Assembly: GCA_963823035.1 (NCBI GenBank)
Contig: CAWGKG010000012.1
Location: forward strand, 493,369-557,368
Reading direction: 5' to 3'
DNA length: 64,000 bases
DNA from: an uncultured Gemmatimonadales bacterium
Lineage (GTDB): Bacteria; Gemmatimonadota; Gemmatimonadetes; Longimicrobiales; Gaopeijiaceae
The position numbers and the translations under genes were made by a program. Position 1 is the first letter of the stretch. Each line of letters opens with the position of its first letter. Below, piece by piece: positions 22,525 to 31,022 of this stretch. The notes under the pieces are model-generated. The model saw nothing but the letters and a program-made list of their open reading frames with translations. It was not told the DNA's origin and did not search any database.

Positions 22525-23118
22525 TCAGAAGTAGCTGCGGAGCGCGGCGAGCACCCTGTCCCGAGCCTCGGGCACCACGCACCCGACGGCCCCGAGGGAC
22601 TGGGGCAGGCTCCAGACGTGGGCAAGTTCCATCTGCGAATCCTTGGATGACCCCGGCATGCGAACCTCCTCCCGCGTCAGGGCGGGCGTGAACCACTTCG
22701 GGTTCGACGCCTCGTTCAGGGGAACCGCCAGAAGATCGCCCCCGGCCACGGCCCCGATGACCACCCAGGGGCGCTCCCCCCGATAGGTCGTGGCGAGAGG
22801 ACCCCTCTCGACCACGAGTTCGGTGGGCCATACCAGGTCCCACAGCCGGGGGCCGACCCCCACGGCCTCTCCCAGAAGCTGACGGGGATCTCCGCCTCCC
22901 TCGGACGCCACGGCGAGGAGGTGCTCGCTGAGGGCGCCGGCCCAGCCCAGGTCGCCGTGGAGAAGACCGACGAGCTGGGTATGCGGGCTACCGGGGGCCC
23001 TGAGGGCAGCTTCATGCACTGCCACAAGGAGAACCGCCTCCTGCGGAGGAGGGAAGTTGAGCCTTCGGAGCGCGTCGGACCGGATCGAGACCTCGGTTCC
23101 GGGAGGCAGGGTCGACAT
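22525..23118 (-). CDS. Hypothetical protein with a C-terminal PemK/MazF-like domain
   Basis: WDLVW...GERPWVVI...LAVPL...KDSQMELAHVWSL...VG.V......V.AALR. Confidence 0.6.
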   Translation of the reverse strand: MSTLPPGTEVSIRSDALRRLNFPPPQEAVLLVAVHEAALRAPGSPHTQLVGLLHGDLGWAGALSEHLLAVASEGGGDPRQLLGEAVGVGPRLWDLVWPTELVVERGPLATTYRGERPWVVIGAVAGGDLLAVPLNEASNPKWFTPALTREEVRMPGSSKDSQMELAHVWSLPQSLGAVGCVVPEARDRVLAALRSYF

Positions 23119-23293
23119 GGTCTCCTGAGGAGCGGGGGGGGGCTCCCGTTGATCATGGATGCAGCCGGCCAATCCGGCCAGTCCGTGTTGGCCCCACCGT
23201 CGAGAAGCCCCGTCCGGCCGTGATTCAGCCGAACGGGGCCTCGTGCACCCGCGCAGGGGTCGGGGGGATTTCGGGCGGGTGCAGCCTCCGGCG

Positions 23294-23998
23294 TCAGTAC
23301 GACGGGCCGGAGTCGTTCGGGGCTCCGTTCGGCGGGCCGAAGCCGTCGGGCGGGCCGAAGCCGGGACCGAAGCCCTGGCCGCCGCCGGGCCCGCGGCGGA
23401 AGCCCGGACGCATCATCGGCGCCCCCTGCTGCCGCATGCCGGGAGCGAAGCCGCGGCCGCCGTCCATCCCGGGGCCCCTGCGGAAGCCTTGGCGGAAGCC
23501 CTGGCCCCGCGCCATCCCGCGCTGGCCACGCGCTCCGCGCATGCCGCTCATCCGGCCCATACGGTAGGCGCGCGCCTCGGCGCGCCACGTGTCGAGCTTC
23601 TGCCTCTGCGCGTCGTTCAGGATCGCATCCACCCGCTCGCGCTGCTGGCGGGCCACCTCGACGGAAGCGTCACGGCGGCTCTCGGCCACCTTCCGAACCT
23701 CCTCCATCTGCATCTCTCCGGCCATCACCTTCGAGCGCAGCTCGGCCATCTGGGCCTGGTGCGCCGTCCGGCGCTGCACCGTCTCCGCGCGGAGCTGATC
23801 GAGCTGCTGAACCTGACTTTCGCTGAGCTCCAGCTGCTCGCGCTGCCGGAGGATCAACTCGACCCCCGGACCGCGGAGTGAATCGGCACGTCCCCCACCC
23901 ATCATTCCCCGGCCCTGCCGGGCCTGAGCGCTCACCTGCAGCGGGCTCAGGGTCATCGCCGCGGCCAGAATCGCCGCACCGCTCGTCATCAGCTTCAT
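23294..23998 (-). CDS. Spy/CpxP-like periplasmic protein with Gly-rich tail
   Basis: Signal peptide; LSESQ and LNDAQ (LTxxQ-like) motifs; GFGP repeats. Confidence 0.8.
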   Translation of the reverse strand: MKLMTSGAAILAAAMTLSPLQVSAQARQGRGMMGGGRADSLRGPGVELILRQREQLELSESQVQQLDQLRAETVQRRTAHQAQMAELRSKVMAGEMQMEEVRKVAESRRDASVEVARQQRERVDAILNDAQRQKLDTWRAEARAYRMGRMSGMRGARGQRGMARGQGFRQGFRRGPGMDGGRGFAPGMRQQGAPMMRPGFRRGPGGGQGFGPGFGPPDGFGPPNGAPNDSGPSY

Positions 23999-24092
23999 GG
24001 TCGTTCTCCTCGTCGTCTCTCGGGTCCCGCTCGCTGCCGGGCTTCGTTCCCACCCGGCTCCGAACGTATGGAGTCGCCCGGGCGGTCGGACG

Positions 24093-24704
24093 TTAAAGGC
24101 GAGGAGGCCCGCGCCCGACGTCGAGGGCGTCGCGCATGCTGCGGGACCAGTCGGCGAGCGACGAGCGCAGGTAGCGCGCGTGCTCCTTGGCGCTCCTGCT
24201 GATGGGGCCCTCGGCGGTGCGCTCGACGTGGACGCTCACGAAGGTGGGGCCGGGTGCGCGCAGGAGGTCGGGCACGGCCTCGGCGAAGGCGTCGGCCTCC
24301 TCGTAGCGGAACACCCGCGGGAAGCCGGCCGCGCGGGCCATCGCCGCGAAGTCGATGCGACCCGCGCCTGGTACGGGCTGGTGGCCCGTGATCTCGTAGG
24401 TGCCGTTCTCCACCACGAAGAGGGTGAAGTTCGCGGCGGCGCACGCGACCGTGGTGGCCAGCGTGCCGAGCGTCATGAGCATGCTGCCGTCGCCGTTCAG
24501 GCAGACGACGCGGCGCTCGGGGCGGGCCAGGGCGATGCCGAGCGCGAGGTCGGCGGTATGGCCCATCGCCGAGTCCGCCGAAGCGAAATCGAGGTCGTGA
24601 TCGGACAGGCGCCCCCACGGACGCGTCACGCTCATGGTGGTCACGACCACCTCGTCGGTGCGGTGCCGCGCGAGCGGGCGAAGGAGCTGGTCGCGGGTCA
24701 GCAT
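24093..24704 (-). CDS. TPP-dependent decarboxylase beta subunit (sulfopyruvate/phosphonopyruvate decarboxylase-like)
   Basis: SAMG, GDGSMLM...N TPP motif, YEITGHQP. Confidence 0.88.
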   Translation of the reverse strand: MLTRDQLLRPLARHRTDEVVVTTMSVTRPWGRLSDHDLDFASADSAMGHTADLALGIALARPERRVVCLNGDGSMLMTLGTLATTVACAAANFTLFVVENGTYEITGHQPVPGAGRIDFAAMARAAGFPRVFRYEEADAFAEAVPDLLRAPGPTFVSVHVERTAEGPISRSAKEHARYLRSSLADWSRSMRDALDVGRGPPRL

Positions 24705-24714
24705 GGTGGGGCGC

Positions 24715-25261
24715 TCAGGCCAGGTCGGTCGTGAGGAGGAGCGCCTGCGGCCAGGCCCGCTCATCGGCGCGCCGGACGAGGGACGCGAGCGCCGCAGCCG
24801 GGTCCGCGTCACGTCCACACGTCTCGTACGGCACGCCCCAGGCGTCGAGCGTCGGCTCGGTCACGAGCGCCACCGAGTCCACGTCGGCGCGCGTCATCAG
24901 CTCCTTCGTTCTCGGCGTTCCCGGGTGCAGTCCGGCCGACGCCATCTTCGCGTAGCCGCGGCCCGTCACCACGATGGGAATCGGCGCGGCCATGCGCATC
25001 GCCGTGCCGCGGAGCGCATCGCCCGCCTCGAGCAGGCCCGTGTTCTGGATGACGACCAGCGGGCGCGCACCGCCGATCCAGAGCCCCGACGCCATCGCGA
25101 ACGCCTCCCCTTCGCGCGTCACGATGACCAGACGGATGCTGGGGTGGTCGAGGAGGGCGTCGAACAGCGGACCGGAGGTGTTGTCCGGAATGCCCGAGCA
25201 CGTGCGACACGCCCGCCCGCTCGAGCGCCTCCACCACGGTGTCGATGGCCATGGCGCTCAC
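24715..25261 (-). CDS. TPP-dependent decarboxylase alpha subunit (ComD-like); frameshift near 25195
   Basis: G(I)PDN, TREGEA, IQNTG, TEPTL. Confidence 0.85.
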
Positions 25262-26610
25262 GCTCCTCCGGCCGCACGAGGGGATGGCAGCCGGCGCGAC
25301 ACGATCCACCCGGCCAGCGTCAGCGCGCCGATCATCGCGCCGCCGCCCACGGCGAGCACGGGCTGCGTGCCGACGAGCACCGCGAGGATGGCGACGTACA
25401 GGAGGATCGTCACGCCCGGGATCCAGGGGTGGCCCGGCACGCGGAACGGGCGTTCGAGGTCCGGGCGCTTCGCGCGCAGGCGGAAGTAGCCGAGCAGCAC
25501 CATGCTGTCCACCGTGATGGCGACCATCATCATGAAGCGGATCAACAGCTCGAACGCGCCGGAGAGCGCGAGCAGCCCGATCCAGACGGAGATGAAGACG
25601 AGCGCGTTGCGCGGCGTGCCGCGCGCGTCCACCCGCGCGAACGCCTTGAAAGCGAGGCCGTGCCGCGACAGGCCGTAGGCCACGCGCGGCAGTCCGAGGA
25701 AGTTCACGTTCGCGCTGCTGATCAGGATGAGGAGGCTCGCCACGACCACAACGGTGCCGGCGGCACCGCCGAACACCGTGGCGATCGCATCGGCTGCGAC
25801 CAGCTCGGAGCCCGCCATCTCGGCGGGGGTGAGGGCGGCGAGGAAGGAGACGTTCATCAGGAGGTAGAGGATCATCACGGCCAGCGAGCCGCCCAGGAGG
25901 ATGCGCGGGAGCGCCCGACCGGGGTCCTTCACCTCCTCGGCCATCTTCGCCGCATCCTCCCACCCGTAGTAGGCGAACGAAATGGACTGGTAGGCGAGGG
26001 CGAAACCGAGCAGGCCGGCGTCTCCGTGCGTGAGCGTGGCGCTGCCCCCGCCGAAGCCCTGCAGGTCACCGGCCCAGAGGCCCGCGGCCGCGATCAGGAG
26101 GATGATCAGCACCTTCACCGCGGTGGTGACGTTCTGGAAGGTCGTGCTGGCGCGCAGCCCGCGCGTGTGCAGCACGAAGAAGGAGAGCACCACGCACCCC
26201 GCCAGGATCGGCACGGACCCCCGTCCGCCCGCGAGGATCCGGACATACTCGGCGATGACCACGGCCTTGGATGCTCCGGAGAAGCCGCGGCTCACGAGCA
26301 GCTCCGACCACCCCGCCACGAACCCCATGACCGGCCCCCAGGCGTGGCGGGCGTACACGTACTTGCCGCCGGCCTCGGGGAGGGCGGCGGCCATCTCGGA
26401 GAGGACGAGCGTGGACAGCCCCGCCACGATGCCGCCGAGGACCCACACAGCAAGGATGAGCCACGCGTCGCCGAGGTAGCCCGCGATGAGCCCGGGCGTA
26501 CGCAGGATACCCGCGCCGATGACGATCCCCACCGTGACCGCCATCCCGTCGCGGATGCGCAGGACTCGGTGCAGGCGGTACGTGGGCGCGACGGGGTCGA
26601 CTCGGGTCAA
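25258..26610 (-). CDS. APC-family amino acid permease
   Basis: IVIGAGI..TPG, EAGGKY, FAYYGWE, EEVKDP, RPFRVPGHP. Confidence 0.93.
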   Translation of the reverse strand: MTRVDPVAPTYRLHRVLRIRDGMAVTVGIVIGAGILRTPGLIAGYLGDAWLILAVWVLGGIVAGLSTLVLSEMAAALPEAGGKYVYARHAWGPVMGFVAGWSELLVSRGFSGASKAVVIAEYVRILAGGRGSVPILAGCVVLSFFVLHTRGLRASTTFQNVTTAVKVLIILLIAAAGLWAGDLQGFGGGSATLTHGDAGLLGFALAYQSISFAYYGWEDAAKMAEEVKDPGRALPRILLGGSLAVMILYLLMNVSFLAALTPAEMAGSELVAADAIATVFGGAAGTVVVVASLLILISSANVNFLGLPRVAYGLSRHGLAFKAFARVDARGTPRNALVFISVWIGLLALSGAFELLIRFMMMVAITVDSMVLLGYFRLRAKRPDLERPFRVPGHPWIPGVTILLYVAILAVLVGTQPVLAVGGGAMIGALTLAGWIVSRRLPSPRAAGGA

Positions 26611-26699
26611 GGATCCGCGCGGGGAGCGGGGCGTCGATGGACGCGCGCAACATGCGCGGCCCCCTCCTCATGCCACAAGAAGGCGCGACCGGCGCGGCG

Positions 26700-27317
26700 T
26701 CACGCCCGCAGGATCGCCACGACCAACCTGCCGGGGCCGTGCACCCCGCGCACCAGGATCTGCCCGATGTCGGCCGACTTGCTCGGCCCCGAATGGAGGC
26801 CGAGGGCGGAGGGCAGGTCGTCGCCGAGCGCGCGTAGCGCGTCGCGCAGGGTCGCGTGCACGTCCGCGGCGCGCAGCCATACCATGTGCGTGGGGGGAAG
26901 CAGCTGCGTGCGCCGACCGTCGCGCGCGTCGAGGACGAGGGAGCCGGTCTCCGCGACCGCGCACCGGGCCATACCCACGCCGAGCGGCGCCTCCTCGGCG
27001 CTCGCGACCGGCCGTTCCGGTCTGAGGTCGATCGGCACGGTCGCGCCGACCGACGCGGACTCGAACGCCTGCGCGAAGTCGGCGAGCCAACGACGCGCCT
27101 CCGACATGGACGCCAACTCGACGACCTCGCCGCCCGCGGCCGTGAAGACCTCCGCGAAGGCGCGGATCGGGTCCGGGTCGAGCGCGCCCTCCGGCCGCCA
27201 TCCGCCGAAGTCGCCGGGATGGGCAACGGCGGTGCGGTCGCGAAGCGCGTCGCGGATCCGTCCGAGGATGCGCCCGCGCGCGTCGTCCGATTCGGGAGCG
27301 CCCTTCGCCCCGCTCAT
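26700..27317 (-). CDS. lutC: LUD-domain lactate utilization protein C
   Basis: AETGSLV, LLPPTH, SGPSKSADI, GVHGP. Confidence 0.88.
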   Translation of the reverse strand: MSGAKGAPESDDARGRILGRIRDALRDRTAVAHPGDFGGWRPEGALDPDPIRAFAEVFTAAGGEVVELASMSEARRWLADFAQAFESASVGATVPIDLRPERPVASAEEAPLGVGMARCAVAETGSLVLDARDGRRTQLLPPTHMVWLRAADVHATLRDALRALGDDLPSALGLHSGPSKSADIGQILVRGVHGPGRLVVAILRA

Positions 27318-28708
27318 TCGATCCCCCTCTTCCACAACGTGCGGAAGGTGGAGGGCGACGCGACGGGCGCGGAGCGCTGCCCGGTCCATGCGCCCAGGAT
27401 CGGGAGGGCCCGCCCCCCGAGCTCCCATGGGACATGGCGCAGGAGCGCCGACGCCGTACCGAAGACCCCGGGCAGCTCGGCGCCCGCGGCATAGGCCTTC
27501 ATTCCCATGCGCTCGACGGCCGGCACGAGCCCGGCTTCCACGGCGCGCTCCCGCCAGTAGACGAGCAGCTCGGGGAGAGGGATGCGCACCGGACAGGCGT
27601 CCGCACACGCGCCGCACAGGCTGGACGCGAAGGGGAGCGGCATCGCCTCCTCGAGGCCCAGTAGGCCCGGAGCGAGGACGGCGCCGATCGGGCCGGAGTA
27701 CGCCCACCCGTATGGATGTCCGCCCGTCTGGCGGTAGACCGGGCAGGTGTTCAGACACGCCCCGCAGCGCACGCAACGCAACGCCTCCCACGCTTGGTCG
27801 TCGGCCAGCAGGCGCGTGCGCCCGTTGTCCACGAGGACGACGTGCACCTCCTCGGGACCGTCCGGCTCGCCCTCTCGACGCGGCCCCTGGATGAGCGACA
27901 CGTAGTTGCCGATCGGCTGGCCCGTCGCCGCCCTTGCGGTGAGCTGCAGGAAGGCCGACAGATCCTCGAGTCGCGGGAGGAGCTTCTCGATGCCGACGAG
28001 GGCTACGTGCACGCGCGGCACCGAGGTGGACAGCCGGATGTTGCCCTCGTTCTCGATGAGGGCGAGCGTGCCGGTTTCGGCGACCAGGAAGTTGCCGCCC
28101 GAGATGCCGAGGTCCGCCGACAGGAAGTCCCGGCGCAGCGCGGCGCGTGCCGCGGCGGCCAGCGTCTCCGGGTCGGCATCCGGGGCGGTGCCGAGCTTCT
28201 CGTGGAAGAGCCGGCGGCAGTCGTCCACGCTGCGGTGGATGGCGGGACCCACGATGTGGGACGGCGGCTCGCCGAGCAGTTGGATGATGTACTCGCCCAG
28301 GTCGGTCTCGCGGACCTCGATGGCGTTGGCCTCGAGGAAGGCGTTCACGCCCAGCTCCTCCGAGAGCATGCTCTTGGCCTTTACGGCGCGGCGCACGCCG
28401 TGGCCTCGTGCGATCTCTCCGAGGAGCTCGAGGGCGTCGGTCGCGCGCTCGGCCCAGTGGACCTGAACGCCGTTCTCGGTGAGACGCGCCTCCGCCTCCT
28501 CCAGGTAGCGGTCGAGGTTCCCGAGGAGGTGGCTCTTCACGTCCCGCATCCAGTCGCGCCAGGCGTCGGCGTCGATCCGCCCCCACGCCGCCCGTCGATG
28601 CTGGTCGAAGGTGCGCGTGGCCGCCAGGACGGAGGCGCGCATCTCGGGCCGCTCGCGCAGGAGGTCGCGCGCGGCGGCGGCGTATCCGCCGGGACGCGGT
28701 TCGCTCAT
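27314..28708 (-). CDS. lutB: Lactate utilization Fe-S protein B
   Basis: ETDLGEYI, PSHIVGPAIH, NEGN, CVRCGACLNTCP, LCGACADACP. Confidence 0.93.
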   Translation of the reverse strand: MSEPRPGGYAAAARDLLRERPEMRASVLAATRTFDQHRRAAWGRIDADAWRDWMRDVKSHLLGNLDRYLEEAEARLTENGVQVHWAERATDALELLGEIARGHGVRRAVKAKSMLSEELGVNAFLEANAIEVRETDLGEYIIQLLGEPPSHIVGPAIHRSVDDCRRLFHEKLGTAPDADPETLAAAARAALRRDFLSADLGISGGNFLVAETGTLALIENEGNIRLSTSVPRVHVALVGIEKLLPRLEDLSAFLQLTARAATGQPIGNYVSLIQGPRREGEPDGPEEVHVVLVDNGRTRLLADDQAWEALRCVRCGACLNTCPVYRQTGGHPYGWAYSGPIGAVLAPGLLGLEEAMPLPFASSLCGACADACPVRIPLPELLVYWRERAVEAGLVPAVERMGMKAYAAGAELPGVFGTASALLRHVPWELGGRALPILGAWTGQRSAPVASPSTFRTLWKRGIE

Positions 28709-29421
28709 CGGCCGGTCGCCTCGCGCAGGAGGCTCGACAGATGCCGGAAAGGAGTCGTCCGGCCCGTGCGTGCCGCCCGCCCGGAGAGCTGGAGGAGGCA
28801 GCCGCCGTCCGCCGAAGTGACGACGTCCACGGCCGGGAGGGTGCCGAGCTTGTAGTCGGCCATCGCGCCCGAGACCTCGGGGAGCTTCACGGAGAAGAGG
28901 CCGCCGAAGCCGCAGCACTCCTCGTCGCCTTCCCATGGCAGGACCTCCGCGCCCGCGCTTCGGAGGAGCGTCACCGGCTCGTCGTGCACGCCGAGCTCGC
29001 GTAGGGCGTGGCATCCGTGGTGGTAGGCGACCCGCCGGTCGGCGAGCCCGCCACCGAGCTCTTCGACCCCGAGCACCTGGACGATGAACTGGGCCAGCTC
29101 GAAGGTGCGCTCGGCGAGGCGGAGGGCCCGCTCCCGGTCGGTGCCCTCGAGCAGCGTGGGGAAGTTGGCGCGCAACATACCCGCGCAACTGCCCGACGGC
29201 AGCACGACCCACTCGGCGTCCTCGAAGACGTCGAGCGTGTGGCGCGCCATCCGGCGTGCCGCGTCCGCGTGGCCGGCGTTGAAGGCGGGCTGGCCGCAGC
29301 ACGTCTGGCCCGCGGGGAAGTCGACGGTCACGTCCAGGTGCCGCAGGAGACGCACGGCGTCGGCGCACGCCTCCGCGAAGAAGGCGTCTCCCAGGCAGGT
29401 GGCGAAGAGCGCGACGCGCAC
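28705..29421 (-). CDS. lutA: Lactate utilization protein A (two CCG domains)
   Basis: LFATC, QTCCGQP, SGSC, GCH, CCGFGG, DGGCL. Confidence 0.92.
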   Translation of the reverse strand: MRVALFATCLGDAFFAEACADAVRLLRHLDVTVDFPAGQTCCGQPAFNAGHADAARRMARHTLDVFEDAEWVVLPSGSCAGMLRANFPTLLEGTDRERALRLAERTFELAQFIVQVLGVEELGGGLADRRVAYHHGCHALRELGVHDEPVTLLRSAGAEVLPWEGDEECCGFGGLFSVKLPEVSGAMADYKLGTLPAVDVVTSADGGCLLQLSGRAARTGRTTPFRHLSSLLREATGR

Positions 29422-29422
29422 C

Positions 29423-31006
29423 TCAGCGGCCCGCTGCCGTCGCCAGAACGCGGAAGACAGCTTCGTGCTGCGTCTCCAACGCGAGCTCGTAGCGCGCGTC
29501 GTCCAGGAGGTAGCGCGACAGCCTGGGGTTGCGTCGGGGCTCCACCAGGATGAAGCGCGCCCCGAAGTCGTGCGCCAGCGTGCTCCACGTATCGACGGTC
29601 GCCTCCGGCGTACACGGGTACGTACCACAGGTGCGGTCGGTCATCGCGTCGGTCGACAGGTAGTGGAAGCGCCAGTAGAGCGTGGGATCGTACGCGTACT
29701 GGAAGATGGGGTCCATCCCGCCCACGTAGCGATCGACCCGATCGCGAGCGAAGAGGGGCGCGAACTGGTCCCAGTGCGTGTTGAAGACGAGGTCGCCCGG
29801 TCGGCTGTTCTCGCGCAGCCAGTCCGCGACCTCCGCGAGATGGTCGGGCGAGGTGGCCACGAACCGCACGTTGATCCGGTGGCGGTAGACCGACCACGGG
29901 AGGAGCGCCGCCACCGCGACGAGCAGCGCGTAGGTCAGGTGCCGTGGCTCGACCCCCCACGCCAGGTGCGTGAGGCTTAGCGCGAGCCCGAGCACGGCGA
30001 ACGCCTCCCACTGGACGAGCGAGCGCCGGGCGACCACGAGCGTCATGACGAGGAAGGCGGCGGCCACGAGGTGGGCGGTCCACAGGAGGTGGCGCTCGGA
30101 CGGGGTGACGGCGCGCAGTCGGGCGCCTCGCCGCAGCGCGGTAATCGCGAGGACCACCGCCCCCGACCACGCCACGATCATCGGGCCCGCCGTGCGCAGC
30201 AGCGTGATCGTGTCCAAGGGGGCGAGACTCACGGCGAAGGTGAGCGGTGCGTCGCCCCCCTGCGCCTTCACACCCAGCAGAAGCCCGATCTGCACCCAAG
30301 CCAGCTTCGCGGCCGCGAGTGGATGGGGCCGGAGCAGCCAACCCGCCGCCGTGCCCCCGACCACCGCGAGGCACAGGAGCCACCAGGGGCGCCGAGCGTC
30401 CTCTTCGCCGGGACCCGCGCTCAGTCGGTCGATGCCGCGCGCGACGAAGTACGCCGCGAGGATACCGGGCGGCAGCCAGAACATGCTGAGGTGGAAGAAG
30501 GTGATGCCGGCGCTCGCGAGCGCGACGGCCCACCACCGCCCCCGCGCCAGAAAGCAGAGGAGGAGGAGGGAGAAGAGGAGCGAGACCGTCTCCGGCCGCA
30601 CCATCACGTAGCGGTAGAGGACGTTGGGCACGGCCACGAAGAAGAGGACGGGCCAGACGCCGTCCGCCACGAGGCGATGGCGACGCGCGATCCACCAGAC
30701 CCCGCCGAGCAGGACCGTCGTGAGGACCATGCCGGCGACGCCGATGCCCACGGCGACGTCGGCGAAGAGCGCGAACGGCATCAGGGCGAGGTGGAAGCCC
30801 CACCACATGTCGGCACCACCCGCGCCGACGATCGAGAAGGCCGTCCACGGGAACGCCGTGTCGAAGGGACCTGCTCGCAGGTAGTGGGCCGCGTGGCCGA
30901 CGTGATAGAAGGCGTCGACGTCCGCGACCTTCGGAGCCAGCATGAGGTGGAAGAAGACGACCGCGGCAAGGATGCCGACAGCGCCCGCCAGGCGGTTGGC
31001 GTTCAC
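29423..31006 (-). CDS. Polytopic GT-C-type glycosyltransferase (STT3/AglB-like)
   Basis: TM1 then DVDAFYH; many TM helices; soluble C-terminus WLRENS..DLVFNTHWDQF. Confidence 0.6.
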   Translation of the reverse strand: MNANRLAGAVGILAAVVFFHLMLAPKVADVDAFYHVGHAAHYLRAGPFDTAFPWTAFSIVGAGGADMWWGFHLALMPFALFADVAVGIGVAGMVLTTVLLGGVWWIARRHRLVADGVWPVLFFVAVPNVLYRYVMVRPETVSLLFSLLLLCFLARGRWWAVALASAGITFFHLSMFWLPPGILAAYFVARGIDRLSAGPGEEDARRPWWLLCLAVVGGTAAGWLLRPHPLAAAKLAWVQIGLLLGVKAQGGDAPLTFAVSLAPLDTITLLRTAGPMIVAWSGAVVLAITALRRGARLRAVTPSERHLLWTAHLVAAAFLVMTLVVARRSLVQWEAFAVLGLALSLTHLAWGVEPRHLTYALLVAVAALLPWSVYRHRINVRFVATSPDHLAEVADWLRENSRPGDLVFNTHWDQFAPLFARDRVDRYVGGMDPIFQYAYDPTLYWRFHYLSTDAMTDRTCGTYPCTPEATVDTWSTLAHDFGARFILVEPRRNPRLSRYLLDDARYELALETQHEAVFRVLATAAGR

Positions 31007-31022
31007 CGAGGACGTCGCCCCC

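Noticed and set aside
26645..26680. Sigma54-like TGGCATG upstream of the permease
   Set aside because: No GC at the -12 position
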